Made by a program: the position numbers and the translations under genes. The notes under the pieces were generated by a model. The model was given only the letters and a program-made list of their open reading frames with translations, made no database searches and was not told the DNA's origin. From an uncultured Gammaproteobacteria bacterium (GTDB taxonomy: Bacteria; Pseudomonadota; Gammaproteobacteria; Xanthomonadales; SZUA-38), in NCBI GenBank assembly GCA_964351665.1, contig CAYGPO010000006.1, positions 4,623 through 68,622 on the forward strand: 64,000 bases of DNA, in the 5' to 3' direction. Positions 46,735 through 55,633 of this stretch are shown here, in pieces. The number at the start of each line of letters is the position of its first letter. The first letter of the stretch is position 1.

Positions 46735-47639
46735 GTCGGCTGGCGGCTACCTTGGCGACGGCCTTGGCGCTGATGGGGCTGGTTCAGCCCTGTGCCGCGT
46801 CGCCCTTTGATCAGGACCGCGCGACCAATTCTTCGGTGGAGATTTCTCGAGGATTTGCCAGAGTTGGCTACGGGCAGCTGCATTTTCGCAAGGCCCAGCC
46901 GGTGCTCCATGAGAACATTGTTCATCGTCCGGTTCTGTGTTTCCACCAGACCCCCAATTCCTCCCAGATCTACATCGAACTGCTGGACCAGCTGGCCACA
47001 GATCGGGTGGTCTATGCCATCGATACCCCCGGCCACGGTGAGTCTGATTTACCGCCAAGGCCGCCGGAGATCGGCGATTATGCCCAGGCGATGGCGGAGT
47101 TTATTCAGCGGATGGGGCTTAAGGAGGTGGACCTTATTGGCTATCACACAGGGGCGTCTATAGCCGTGGAGCTGGCTCGCCGGGACGATACCCGGGTTGA
47201 GCACCTGATGCTGGTGGGCTTAGCCCTGTTTCACGAGCAGGAGCGGCAGGCATTTTTCGCCCAGCCCTGGCCTCGGCCCATCAGCAGAGACGGCAGTCAC
47301 CTGGTGACCGAATGGCAACGTTCCCATCAATGGCGCGGCGCGGGACAAAGCGACGCTTCGGTGATCCGCACCTTCGTGCAGAAACTGCAGGCCGGCGACA
47401 AGGCGTGGTGGGGCGCCAGAGCCGTCATGCGCCACGACCTGGCCGCCGCCCTCGCCGGGCTAAAAACGCCAACAGTGGTGGTCAACTCTGCCGATGATTT
47501 GCTCAAGATCACGCCTCGAGTGACGGCGCTGCGAGCTGATTTTGAATTGATCACCCTGGATCAGTGGGGTTTTGGTCTTTTTGAGGTTGAGCCGGCGCGG
47601 ATGGCTGAGCTGGCCCGCAACCGCTTTGATCGTCCTTAA
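46731..47639 (+). CDS. secreted alpha/beta-hydrolase-fold protein with atypical nucleophile elbow
   Basis: Signal peptide ...LVQPCAAS. VLCFHQTPNSS...AIDTPGHGESD...DLIGYHTGASIAVELA. The elbow reads G-Y-H-T-G, with no Ser, Asp or Cys at the nucleophile position. Confidence 0.7.
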   Translation: MSRLAATLATALALMGLVQPCAASPFDQDRATNSSVEISRGFARVGYGQLHFRKAQPVLHENIVHRPVLCFHQTPNSSQIYIELLDQLATDRVVYAIDTPGHGESDLPPRPPEIGDYAQAMAEFIQRMGLKEVDLIGYHTGASIAVELARRDDTRVEHLMLVGLALFHEQERQAFFAQPWPRPISRDGSHLVTEWQRSHQWRGAGQSDASVIRTFVQKLQAGDKAWWGARAVMRHDLAAALAGLKTPTVVVNSADDLLKITPRVTALRADFELITLDQWGFGLFEVEPARMAELARNRFDRP

Positions 47640-47773
47640 GTCGTTAGCCGGTTTGGCCGCTGTTGCGGCTTGCGACACCAGCCTTGTCAGATATTTAGCA
47701 TAGCTAAGTAATGCGTTTTCCTCTCCCTGCCACTAAACTGGACCCATAAACCCCAGCAGGCGAAGGAAATTTG

Positions 47774-50443
47774 ATGTCCATCGATGAAAAACTGAGCTCC
47801 GATATGGACCCCCAGGAAACCCAGGAGTGGCTGGATGCGCTATCTGCGGTCATTAACGCTGATGGACCCGAGCGGGCCCATTATCTGCTGGAGAAAATGG
47901 TTGATCTGGCCCGGCGGTCCGGTGGTTATCTGCCCTACGACGCCACTACCGCCTACGTCAACACCATCCCTGCGAACCTTGAAAAACGCAGTCCCGGTGA
48001 TGCCGAGTTGGAATGGCGGCTGCGCTGCTGGATACGCTGGAACGCCATGGCGATGGTGGTTCGGACCAACCGCAAAGACAGCAGTTTGGGTGGGCACATC
48101 GCCAGTTTTGCTTCCGCCGCGACGCTCTACGATGTGGGGTTTAATCACTTCTGGCACGGTCCGGACGAAAATCACGGTGGAGACCTGCTGTATGTGCAGG
48201 GCCACTGCGCGCCGGGGATTTACGCCCGCAGCTTTCTTGAGGGCCGGATCAGCGAAGAGCAGATGGACAATTTCCGGCGCGAGGTGGATGGCAACGGCCT
48301 GTCCTCCTACCCCCATCCCTGGCTGATGCCAGACTATTGGCAGTTGCCCACGGTTTCCATGGGCCTGGGTCCTCTGATGGGCATCTATCAGGCGCGTTTT
48401 CTGCGGTATTTGCACAATCGGGAGCTGGCTGACACCGCCAAGCGCAAGGTCTGGGTGTTTTGCGGCGACGGCGAAATGGACGAGCCGGAATCCCTGGGTG
48501 CCATCTCCCTGGCGGGTCGGGAAAAGTTGGATAACCTGGTGTTTGTGATCAACTGCAATCTGCAGCGGCTGGACGGACCGGTGCGGGGCAACGGCAAGAT
48601 TATTCAGGAACTGGAGGGCGTGTTCCGCGGCGCCGGCTGGAACGTGATCAAAGTGATCTGGGGCTCATACTGGGATCCTCTGCTGGCCAAAGACACCAAA
48701 GGACTGCTGCGCCAGCGCATGGAAGAAGCCCTGGACGGCGACTATCAGAACTACAAGGCCCACGGCGGCGCCTACACCCGGGAGCATTTTTTCGGCAAGT
48801 ACCCGGAGCTTAAAGAGATGGTCTCCACCATGTCTGACGAGGACATCTGGCGGCTCAATCGCGGTGGCCACGATCCCCACAAGATTTTTGCCGCTTACGC
48901 CCAGGCCGTCAGTCATGAGGGTCAGCCAACGGTGATTTTGGCTAAGACCGTGAAAGGCTACGGAATGGGTCTTGCCGGTGAAGCGCAGAACACCACTCAC
49001 CAGCAGAAGAAGATGGACATTGAGTCAATTCGGGGTTTTCGCAATCGTTTCAACGTGCCCATAGCCGACGAACAGCTGGAGGAGCTGCCTTACTACAAGC
49101 CGCCGGAAGACAGTCCGGAAATCCAGTACATGCGCAAACGCCGGGAGGCCCTGGGGGGCTCGTTGCCGCGCCGCAATTTCTTTAACCCCGAGCCGCTGCA
49201 AGTCCCGGGAATGGCGCCTTTTGAGGCCCTGACCCAAGACTCTGGCGAGCGGGAAATGTCCACCACCATGGCCTTTGTCCGCTATCTGTCGATCTTGCTG
49301 CGGGACAAAGCCCTGGCGCCGCGTATCGTGCCGATACTCTGCGACGAGGCTCGCACCTTCGGCATGGAAGGGATGTTTCGCCAGCTGGGGATCTACTCCT
49401 CGGTAGGTCAGCTATACGAGCCGGAAGATTCTGACCAGCTGCTGTTTTACAAAGAAGACGTGAAGGGTCAAATTCTTCAGGAGGGCATCACCGAGGCCGG
49501 CGCCATGTCGTCCTGGATTGCCGCAGCCACCACCTACGCCAGCACCGGGATTCAGATGATCCCGTTTTATATTTACTATTCCATGTTCGGCTTCCAGCGC
49601 ATTGGTGATCTGGCCTGGGCCGCCGGCGACCTCAGGGCCCGGGGCTTTTTGCTCGGCGGCACCTCGGGTCGCACAACCCTCAACGGCGAGGGGCTGCAGC
49701 ATGAAGATGGCCATAGCCACCTGCTGGCCGGGGCCATTCCCAACTGCGTGAGCTATGACCCAACCTTCGCCTACGAAGTGGTGGTGATCATTAACGACGG
49801 TATGCAGCGGATGTATGTAGAGCAGCAGGACGTGTTCTATTACATCACCTTAACCAACGAGAACTATCACCAGCCGGCCATGCCCAAGGGCGCTGAGGAA
49901 GGCATCCGTAAAGGGCTGTATTTGCTGCAGAAAGGCGCCAAAGGTGAGCTGAGAGCCCAGTTGATGGGAAGCGGCACGATCCTGCGCGAGTCGGTAGCCG
50001 CGGCTGAGATGCTGGCGGCAGACTTCCAGGTCCAGTGTGACGTGTGGAGCGCCACCAGCATGAACGAGCTGCGCCGTGAGGGTGCGGCGGTGGCCCGTAC
50101 TAATCGCCTTAACCCCTCAGCCAAGCCCACCCCAAGCTATGTGGAAAGCTGCCTGGCCGCCAGCGAAGGGCCGGTGATTGCGGCCACCGACTATGTCCGG
50201 GCCTACGCGGATCAGATCCGGGAATTTGTGCCGCGTAGCTATCATGTGCTTGGCACCGACGGCTTCGGCCGCTCAGACACCCGGCCTAAGCTGAGAGAGT
50301 TTTTTGAGGTCAACCGCAACCACATTGCTTACACCACCATGTATGCCCTGTACCGGGATGGCAAGGTGACCAAGCGCACGTTGAGTGCAGCCCAAAAGAA
50401 ATACGGCATCGACGCCGACAAACCCAACCCGCTGAAGGTGTAA
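47774..50443 (+). CDS. aceE: pyruvate dehydrogenase E1 component (homodimeric type)
   Basis: About 889 aa. DPQETQEWLDALSAVI and GGHIASFASAATLYDVGFNHFW. ATG 47774 preferred over TTG 47771. Confidence 0.97.
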   Translation: MSIDEKLSSDMDPQETQEWLDALSAVINADGPERAHYLLEKMVDLARRSGGYLPYDATTAYVNTIPANLEKRSPGDAELEWRLRCWIRWNAMAMVVRTNRKDSSLGGHIASFASAATLYDVGFNHFWHGPDENHGGDLLYVQGHCAPGIYARSFLEGRISEEQMDNFRREVDGNGLSSYPHPWLMPDYWQLPTVSMGLGPLMGIYQARFLRYLHNRELADTAKRKVWVFCGDGEMDEPESLGAISLAGREKLDNLVFVINCNLQRLDGPVRGNGKIIQELEGVFRGAGWNVIKVIWGSYWDPLLAKDTKGLLRQRMEEALDGDYQNYKAHGGAYTREHFFGKYPELKEMVSTMSDEDIWRLNRGGHDPHKIFAAYAQAVSHEGQPTVILAKTVKGYGMGLAGEAQNTTHQQKKMDIESIRGFRNRFNVPIADEQLEELPYYKPPEDSPEIQYMRKRREALGGSLPRRNFFNPEPLQVPGMAPFEALTQDSGEREMSTTMAFVRYLSILLRDKALAPRIVPILCDEARTFGMEGMFRQLGIYSSVGQLYEPEDSDQLLFYKEDVKGQILQEGITEAGAMSSWIAAATTYASTGIQMIPFYIYYSMFGFQRIGDLAWAAGDLRARGFLLGGTSGRTTLNGEGLQHEDGHSHLLAGAIPNCVSYDPTFAYEVVVIINDGMQRMYVEQQDVFYYITLTNENYHQPAMPKGAEEGIRKGLYLLQKGAKGELRAQLMGSGTILRESVAAAEMLAADFQVQCDVWSATSMNELRREGAAVARTNRLNPSAKPTPSYVESCLAASEGPVIAATDYVRAYADQIREFVPRSYHVLGTDGFGRSDTRPKLREFFEVNRNHIAYTTMYALYRDGKVTKRTLSAAQKKYGIDADKPNPLKV

Positions 50444-50453
50444 GGCAAACAAC

Positions 50454-52166
50454 ATGGCAGAACAAACGGTAGTAAAGGTCCCGGATATTGGCGAGTTTGC
50501 TGACATTGCGGTGGTGGAAGTGCTGGTGGCCCCGGGGGACCAGGTCACCGCTGAACAGTCGCTGATTTCCCTTGAGAGCGACAAAGCCACCATGGAAATC
50601 CCCAGTCCCGGCGCTGGCATTGTGAGTGAGGTGAACGTTGCTGTGGGCGATCGGGTTTCTGAAGGCGATGCGATATTGGTGATGCAGGCCAGTCCAAAGC
50701 CTGAACAAGGCCAGGCGCCTGCCGCCAGCGTCCCATCGCAGCCCGTTGCCGAGCCCGTTGTCCAGACTGAGCCCGCGGCATCATCGGCTGCTCCGGCAGC
50801 AGCGCAGCCATCGGCAACGCAAGAGATTGCGGTAGTGGTTCCGGATATCGGCGATTTTGACAGTGTTGATGTGGTGGAAGTGCTGGTTGCGGTGGGGGAT
50901 GTGGTGGCGGTTGAGCAATCCCTGGTCAGCCTTGAGAGCGACAAAGCCACCATGGAGATTCCCAGCAGCCACGCTGGCACGGTCAGCGCCCTGCATATCA
51001 GCGTTGGTGATAAGGTCGCCGCCGGCGCTCTGGTTGTGACCCTTCAGTCCGAGGCTACGGGGTCAGACAGCTCTGGGTCTGGCAATCAAAGTGTACCGAA
51101 GGCCCCGGCGCAAAGCGCTGCGCCGCCGCCGGCTCAAGTGGCCGAAGCTTCAGGGTCAGCCAACAGCGCCGCGGCCGCATCGGCAGACGATGGTGACCGC
51201 CGGGCGCCGCCGGTGTCCTTTGATGCCAGCACCCGCAAACCCGGTGACGTGCCCCATGCCAGTCCGTCGGTACGCCGTGAGGCGCGCCAGCTGGGGGTGG
51301 ACCTGCAGGAGGTCAGCGGCACTGGACGCAAGGGCCGAATCACCACTGAGGACGTGCGCCAATTTGTGAAGGGCGTAATGAACCGGAAAGGCTCCGGCGC
51401 CCAGGCCACGGCAGCGGCGGCCAACGGTTTGAGTCTATTGCCCTGGCCGAAGGTGGATTTCAGCAAGTACGGTCCGGTGCAAACCCAGCCCTTGTCGCGA
51501 ATCCAGAAAATTTCCGGCGCTAATTTGGCCCGCAACTGGGCCATGATTCCCCACGTGACCCAAAATGAGCAGGCCGATATTACCGAGATGGAGGCCTTTC
51601 GTAAGTCTCAGTCAGAGGTGGCCAAGGCTCAGGGCATCAAGCTGACCCCGCTGGCCTTTTTGATCAAGGCGGTGGTTGCTGCGCTGAAGGCTTTCCCCCA
51701 GTTCAACGCATCCCTGGACGACAGCGGCGAGAACCTGGTGTTAAAGCAGTACTTTCACGTCGGCGTTGCGGTGGATACCCCCGACGGACTGGTGGTGCCG
51801 GTGATCAGAGACTGTGATCAAAAATCCTTGTTTCAGCTGGCCTCCGAGGTGGTGCAAGCCAGTATTAGAGCCAGGGATAAAAAACTGTCAGCAACGGACA
51901 TGAGCGGCGGCTGTTTTTCCATCTCATCCCTGGGCGGCATTGGCGGCACCTCCTTCACGCCCATCATCAATGCCCCCGAGGTGGCCATTTTGGGCGTATG
52001 CCGGTCCGCGACCCAGCCGGTTTGGAACGGCCAGGAATTTGAGCCGCGGCTGATCTTGCCCTTGAGCCTGTCCTATGATCATCGGGTTATCGACGGGGCC
52101 ACCGCTGCGCGCTTCGCCGTCTACTTGGCTGATATGCTGACCGATATTCGTCGCCTGCTGCTGTGA
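50454..52166 (+). CDS. aceF: dihydrolipoyllysine-residue acetyltransferase (E2) with two lipoyl domains
   Basis: Two SLESDKATMEIPS lipoyl modules, a subunit-binding domain (ASPSVRREARQLGVDL) and catalytic SLSYDHRVIDGA. Confidence 0.95.
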   Translation: MAEQTVVKVPDIGEFADIAVVEVLVAPGDQVTAEQSLISLESDKATMEIPSPGAGIVSEVNVAVGDRVSEGDAILVMQASPKPEQGQAPAASVPSQPVAEPVVQTEPAASSAAPAAAQPSATQEIAVVVPDIGDFDSVDVVEVLVAVGDVVAVEQSLVSLESDKATMEIPSSHAGTVSALHISVGDKVAAGALVVTLQSEATGSDSSGSGNQSVPKAPAQSAAPPPAQVAEASGSANSAAAASADDGDRRAPPVSFDASTRKPGDVPHASPSVRREARQLGVDLQEVSGTGRKGRITTEDVRQFVKGVMNRKGSGAQATAAAANGLSLLPWPKVDFSKYGPVQTQPLSRIQKISGANLARNWAMIPHVTQNEQADITEMEAFRKSQSEVAKAQGIKLTPLAFLIKAVVAALKAFPQFNASLDDSGENLVLKQYFHVGVAVDTPDGLVVPVIRDCDQKSLFQLASEVVQASIRARDKKLSATDMSGGCFSISSLGGIGGTSFTPIINAPEVAILGVCRSATQPVWNGQEFEPRLILPLSLSYDHRVIDGATAARFAVYLADMLTDIRRLLL

Positions 52167-52672
52167 GCGGACCGCACAAGCTGGGGCGGGGCATGATGCT
52201 GGTGGCAGCACTGGGTGCACTGGCCTTGCTGACGGTGACCTTTGAGCACCTGATTGAAGGTCAACGCAATCCGAATCAGCAGCCGTTGACCGTTGAAGGT
52301 GATGATTTTGCCGAGGTGACTCTCACCGCCAACCGTCAGGATCATTATGTGGCGGGCGCGCTTATCAACGGCCAGGAAGTGGAGATCATGGTGGACACCG
52401 GCGCCACCCAGGTTGCCATCGCCGATTCGGTTGCTCGCAGGCTGGGTCTACCCCGGGGAGCGCCGTTTACGGTATCCACCGCCAACGGTTCGGCCACCGC
52501 GTATACAACCCGGATCACCTCAATCAGGCTGGGCGCGATAGAAATGCGCGACATCGCCGCGGCCATCGTCCCCAATATGGAGTCGCCAGACGTGCTGCTG
52601 GGGATGAATTTTCTGCGTGAACTGGAGCTGGTGCAGAGCCGGGGGCAGCTGGTGCTGCGTCAAAACCGCTAA
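52163..52672 (+). CDS. membrane-anchored retropepsin-like (clan AA) aspartic protease
   Basis: GTG start overlaps the aceF stop (GTGA); ATG 52193 is an alternative. TM is MMLVAALGALALLTVTF. Catalytic MVDTGATQVAI sits at 52394-52408. C-terminal LLGMNFL. Confidence 0.7.
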   Translation: MSGPHKLGRGMMLVAALGALALLTVTFEHLIEGQRNPNQQPLTVEGDDFAEVTLTANRQDHYVAGALINGQEVEIMVDTGATQVAIADSVARRLGLPRGAPFTVSTANGSATAYTTRITSIRLGAIEMRDIAAAIVPNMESPDVLLGMNFLRELELVQSRGQLVLRQNR

Positions 52673-52696
52673 TCGTATTTTTTACAGGAACCCCCT

Positions 52697-54454
52697 ATGA
52701 GTAATCCGATCACAATCACCGTTCCGGACATTGGAGACTTTGCTGAGATACCGGTGGTCGAGGTGTTGGTCAGCGAAGGCGACCAGGTCGCCGCCGAGCA
52801 ATCTTTGCTCAGCCTTGAGAGTGACAAGGCGACGATGGAAATTCCCTCGCCCCAGGCCGGCACCGTCGGGCGGGTGCTGATTCAGGTCGGCGACAAGGTT
52901 TCTGAAGGTACGCCAATCGTTGAGCTGGCTGCTGCCCAGTTGCCGGCGGAGCCCAGCACTCCCGGCCAGGATAAGCCCGGCGCAGATCAGCACCCTGCAG
53001 ACTCCGCGGCGCCCGCCGGTGCCGCTGTTGACGGGGACGAGGTGGTTGCCCAGGTGGTGGTTCTCGGATCCGGGCCTGGCGGTTACACCGCCGCCTTTCG
53101 GGCCGCCGACCTGGGTTTGAAGACTGTCCTGATTGAGCGGTACCCGGCCCTTGGTGGAGTTTGTTTGAACGTTGGCTGTATCCCCTCAAAGGCACTATTG
53201 CATACCTCAGCAGTGATCGATGAGGCGGCTGCCATGCAGGCTCATGGGGTGACCTTTGGCAGGCCAAAGATCGACCTGAAAAAGCTTCGAGGGTTTAAAG
53301 ATTCGGTGGTCAAACAGCTCACCGGTGGGCTCAAGGGTCTGGCTAAAAAACGCAAGGTTAGAGTCATTGAAGGCACTGGCAGGTTCAGTTCCGCCAATAC
53401 CATTGAGGTTAGCAACGGCGAGACCAGCACCCGGGTGCGGTTTGACAAGGCCATCATTGCGGCGGGATCGAAGGCGGTAAAGCTGCCTGGCATGCCCTGG
53501 GATGATCCCCGGCTGATGGATTCCACCGATGCCCTGGATATGGCGGATATTCCCCGCCGAATGCTGATTATTGGTGGCGGGATTATTGGCATGGAAATGG
53601 CCAGCGTATACGCGGCGCTGGGTTCCAAGATCACCGTTTGTGAGCTGATGGATCAGCTGATGCCGGGAGCCGATCTGGATCTGGTTGGTCCGTTCCATAA
53701 GTTTGTTAGGCCGCGCTATGAAAACATTTTTCTTGGCACTAAAGTCACCTCCATAGTGGCTAACAAGCAAGGCCTGAAAGCCACTTTTGAAGGCGCCGGC
53801 GCGCCGGCGGAAGACACCTTTGACCGGGTGCTGGTGGCGGTGGGACGCAGCCCAAATGGCGCCAAGATCGACGCTGAAAAAGCTGGGGTTGAAGTCACGG
53901 ACCGGGGCTACATCCACGTGGACCACCAGATGCGTACCAACGTTCCTCATATCTTTGCTGTTGGCGACATCGTGGGCCAACCCATGCTGGCCCACAAGGC
54001 AACCCACGAGGCCAAGGTGGCAGCAGAGGTCTGTGCCGGCATGAAATCGGCCTTTGAAGCCCGGGTGATTCCCTCGGTGGCTTATACTGATCCGGAGGTG
54101 GCGTGGGTAGGTCTGACAGAAATCGATGCTAAAGCTCAGGGCATTGCCTTTGAGAAGGGTGTGTTTCCCTGGGCTGCCAGCGGCAGGGCCCTGGGTCTGG
54201 CCCGCAGCGAAGGCATGACCAAGCTGTTGTTTGATCCAGTCACCGAAAGAGTGCTTGGCGGGGGTATAGTGGGCCCTCACGCCGGCGACTTGATTGCTGA
54301 AATCTCCCTGGCCATAGAAATGGGTTGCGACGCCGCTGATATTGGCATGACTATTCATCCACACCCAACGCTGTCAGAAACCGTCGCCTTTTCCGCCGAG
54401 GCGTTTGAGGGCACCATTACCGATCTTTACCTGCCTAAAAAGGCGTCTAAATGA
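52697..54454 (+). CDS. lpdA: dihydrolipoyl dehydrogenase (E3) with N-terminal lipoyl domain
   Basis: N-terminal lipoyl module (SLLSLESDKATMEIPS), Ala/Pro linker, VVLGSGPGGY, redox disulfide GGVCLNVGCIPSK and C-terminal HPHPTLSE. Confidence 0.95.
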   Translation: MSNPITITVPDIGDFAEIPVVEVLVSEGDQVAAEQSLLSLESDKATMEIPSPQAGTVGRVLIQVGDKVSEGTPIVELAAAQLPAEPSTPGQDKPGADQHPADSAAPAGAAVDGDEVVAQVVVLGSGPGGYTAAFRAADLGLKTVLIERYPALGGVCLNVGCIPSKALLHTSAVIDEAAAMQAHGVTFGRPKIDLKKLRGFKDSVVKQLTGGLKGLAKKRKVRVIEGTGRFSSANTIEVSNGETSTRVRFDKAIIAAGSKAVKLPGMPWDDPRLMDSTDALDMADIPRRMLIIGGGIIGMEMASVYAALGSKITVCELMDQLMPGADLDLVGPFHKFVRPRYENIFLGTKVTSIVANKQGLKATFEGAGAPAEDTFDRVLVAVGRSPNGAKIDAEKAGVEVTDRGYIHVDHQMRTNVPHIFAVGDIVGQPMLAHKATHEAKVAAEVCAGMKSAFEARVIPSVAYTDPEVAWVGLTEIDAKAQGIAFEKGVFPWAASGRALGLARSEGMTKLLFDPVTERVLGGGIVGPHAGDLIAEISLAIEMGCDAADIGMTIHPHPTLSETVAFSAEAFEGTITDLYLPKKASK

Positions 54455-55020
54455 GGGCTAGTGTCATGTTGAAGACTGTAAATTTCATGGGTGTTTCAGC
54501 CGTAATGCTGATGGTTTGCGCCTTGGCAGCGTGTTCTGTATCACCCCGGGCCGGCTATCGAGCCGGTCAGCTGGACGACATGACCCAGGAGACCATCTAT
54601 CGCTTTCAGCAGACTGACCCTGGTATTGAACGACTGTTTGAAACTGCCGTGGGCTACGCGGTGTTTCCCACCATCGGTGCCGGTGCTGCCGGGGTAGGGG
54701 GGGCATATGGTCGAGGGCAGGTTTATGAAAACGGCGCCTTTGTGGGCTACTGCGACATGACCCAGGCAAGTGTTGGGGTGCAGTTGGGGGGGCAGGCTTA
54801 CAGCGAAGTGATCTTTTTTAACTCCAATGATGCAATGCAGTGGTTCAAGTCAGGCGAGTTTAGCTTTTCCGGGCAGGCCTCGGCGGTGGCATTGAAGGAA
54901 GGAGTTTCTGCCAACGCTAACTTCCGCAATGGCGTTGCGGTCTACACCCAGGCCAAGGGCGGTCTCATGTACCAGGCCTCCATCGGCGGCCAGAAGTTCC
55001 GCTTTGAAAGTGACCAATAG
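54451..55020 (+). CDS. SYLF (Ysc84/DUF500) domain lipoprotein
   Basis: ATG overlaps the lpd stop (ATGA). Lipobox LAAC. AVGYAVFPTIGAGAAGVGGAYGRGQVY...SVGVQLGGQAYSEVIFF is the SYLF pattern. Confidence 0.65.
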   Translation: MRASVMLKTVNFMGVSAVMLMVCALAACSVSPRAGYRAGQLDDMTQETIYRFQQTDPGIERLFETAVGYAVFPTIGAGAAGVGGAYGRGQVYENGAFVGYCDMTQASVGVQLGGQAYSEVIFFNSNDAMQWFKSGEFSFSGQASAVALKEGVSANANFRNGVAVYTQAKGGLMYQASIGGQKFRFESDQ

Positions 55021-55097
55021 CGCGCAGCGGCTGACCAGGGCTTCGGCGCCGCAGCCCGCGGCCCCGGTCGTCGTGGCTCCTTCCGGTAAAGCTACCC

Positions 55098-55529
55098 ATG
55101 GCTGAAATTCCGGAAAATGCGCGTTGGATTGGTTATATCGGCGCGCTGCCGCTGCTGATTTTTTCGGTGAGTTTTGTTGCCGAAGGCCCAATTTTCCCTG
55201 GCTTTGCCCTGCTTGGCTTTATGATTTATTCCGGCCTGGTGCTGGCATTTCTGGGCGGCATTCGCTGGGGGGCCGGGATGGTTCTGGACCACCTCAAGAC
55301 CCGCGAACTGGTGTTGTCCATGGTGCCAGTGCTGTTAGCGTTTGTGGCTCTGGTGCTCGATCCCCAGGCGGGTGTACTGCTGTTGGGGTTCAGCTATCTT
55401 GCGGCCTGGCTGTTCGGCCTGGTGGCCGAACCGCCAGCGGCACCCCGTTGGTATCCCATATTGCGCACCCAGCTGACGGTTCCTGCGCTGGTTTGCCATG
55501 CCATCTTGGCCTATGGATTGTATTTCTAG
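55098..55529 (+). CDS. DUF3429 family membrane protein
   Basis: 143 aa, four hydrophobic segments, signature FLGGIRWG. Confidence 0.65.
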   Translation: MAEIPENARWIGYIGALPLLIFSVSFVAEGPIFPGFALLGFMIYSGLVLAFLGGIRWGAGMVLDHLKTRELVLSMVPVLLAFVALVLDPQAGVLLLGFSYLAAWLFGLVAEPPAAPRWYPILRTQLTVPALVCHAILAYGLYF

Positions 55530-55633
55530 CCAAACTTGCTGGCTCTGGGGTATTAACAAGAGGCAACTTGCATTAAACAGTAAACCGTCCATATGATGTC
55601 ATTCTGACCCATCCCCTAAAAGGACTAACCGCG

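Noticed and set aside
47640-47773. PdhR-type operator or a clear sigma-70 promoter upstream of aceE.
   Set aside because: There is only a weak TTGTCA...AGTAAT pair and a 5-bp-arm inverted repeat (ttagc-ata-gctaa). There is no AATTGGT...ACCAATT-like PdhR box. The evidence is too weak to report as a feature.
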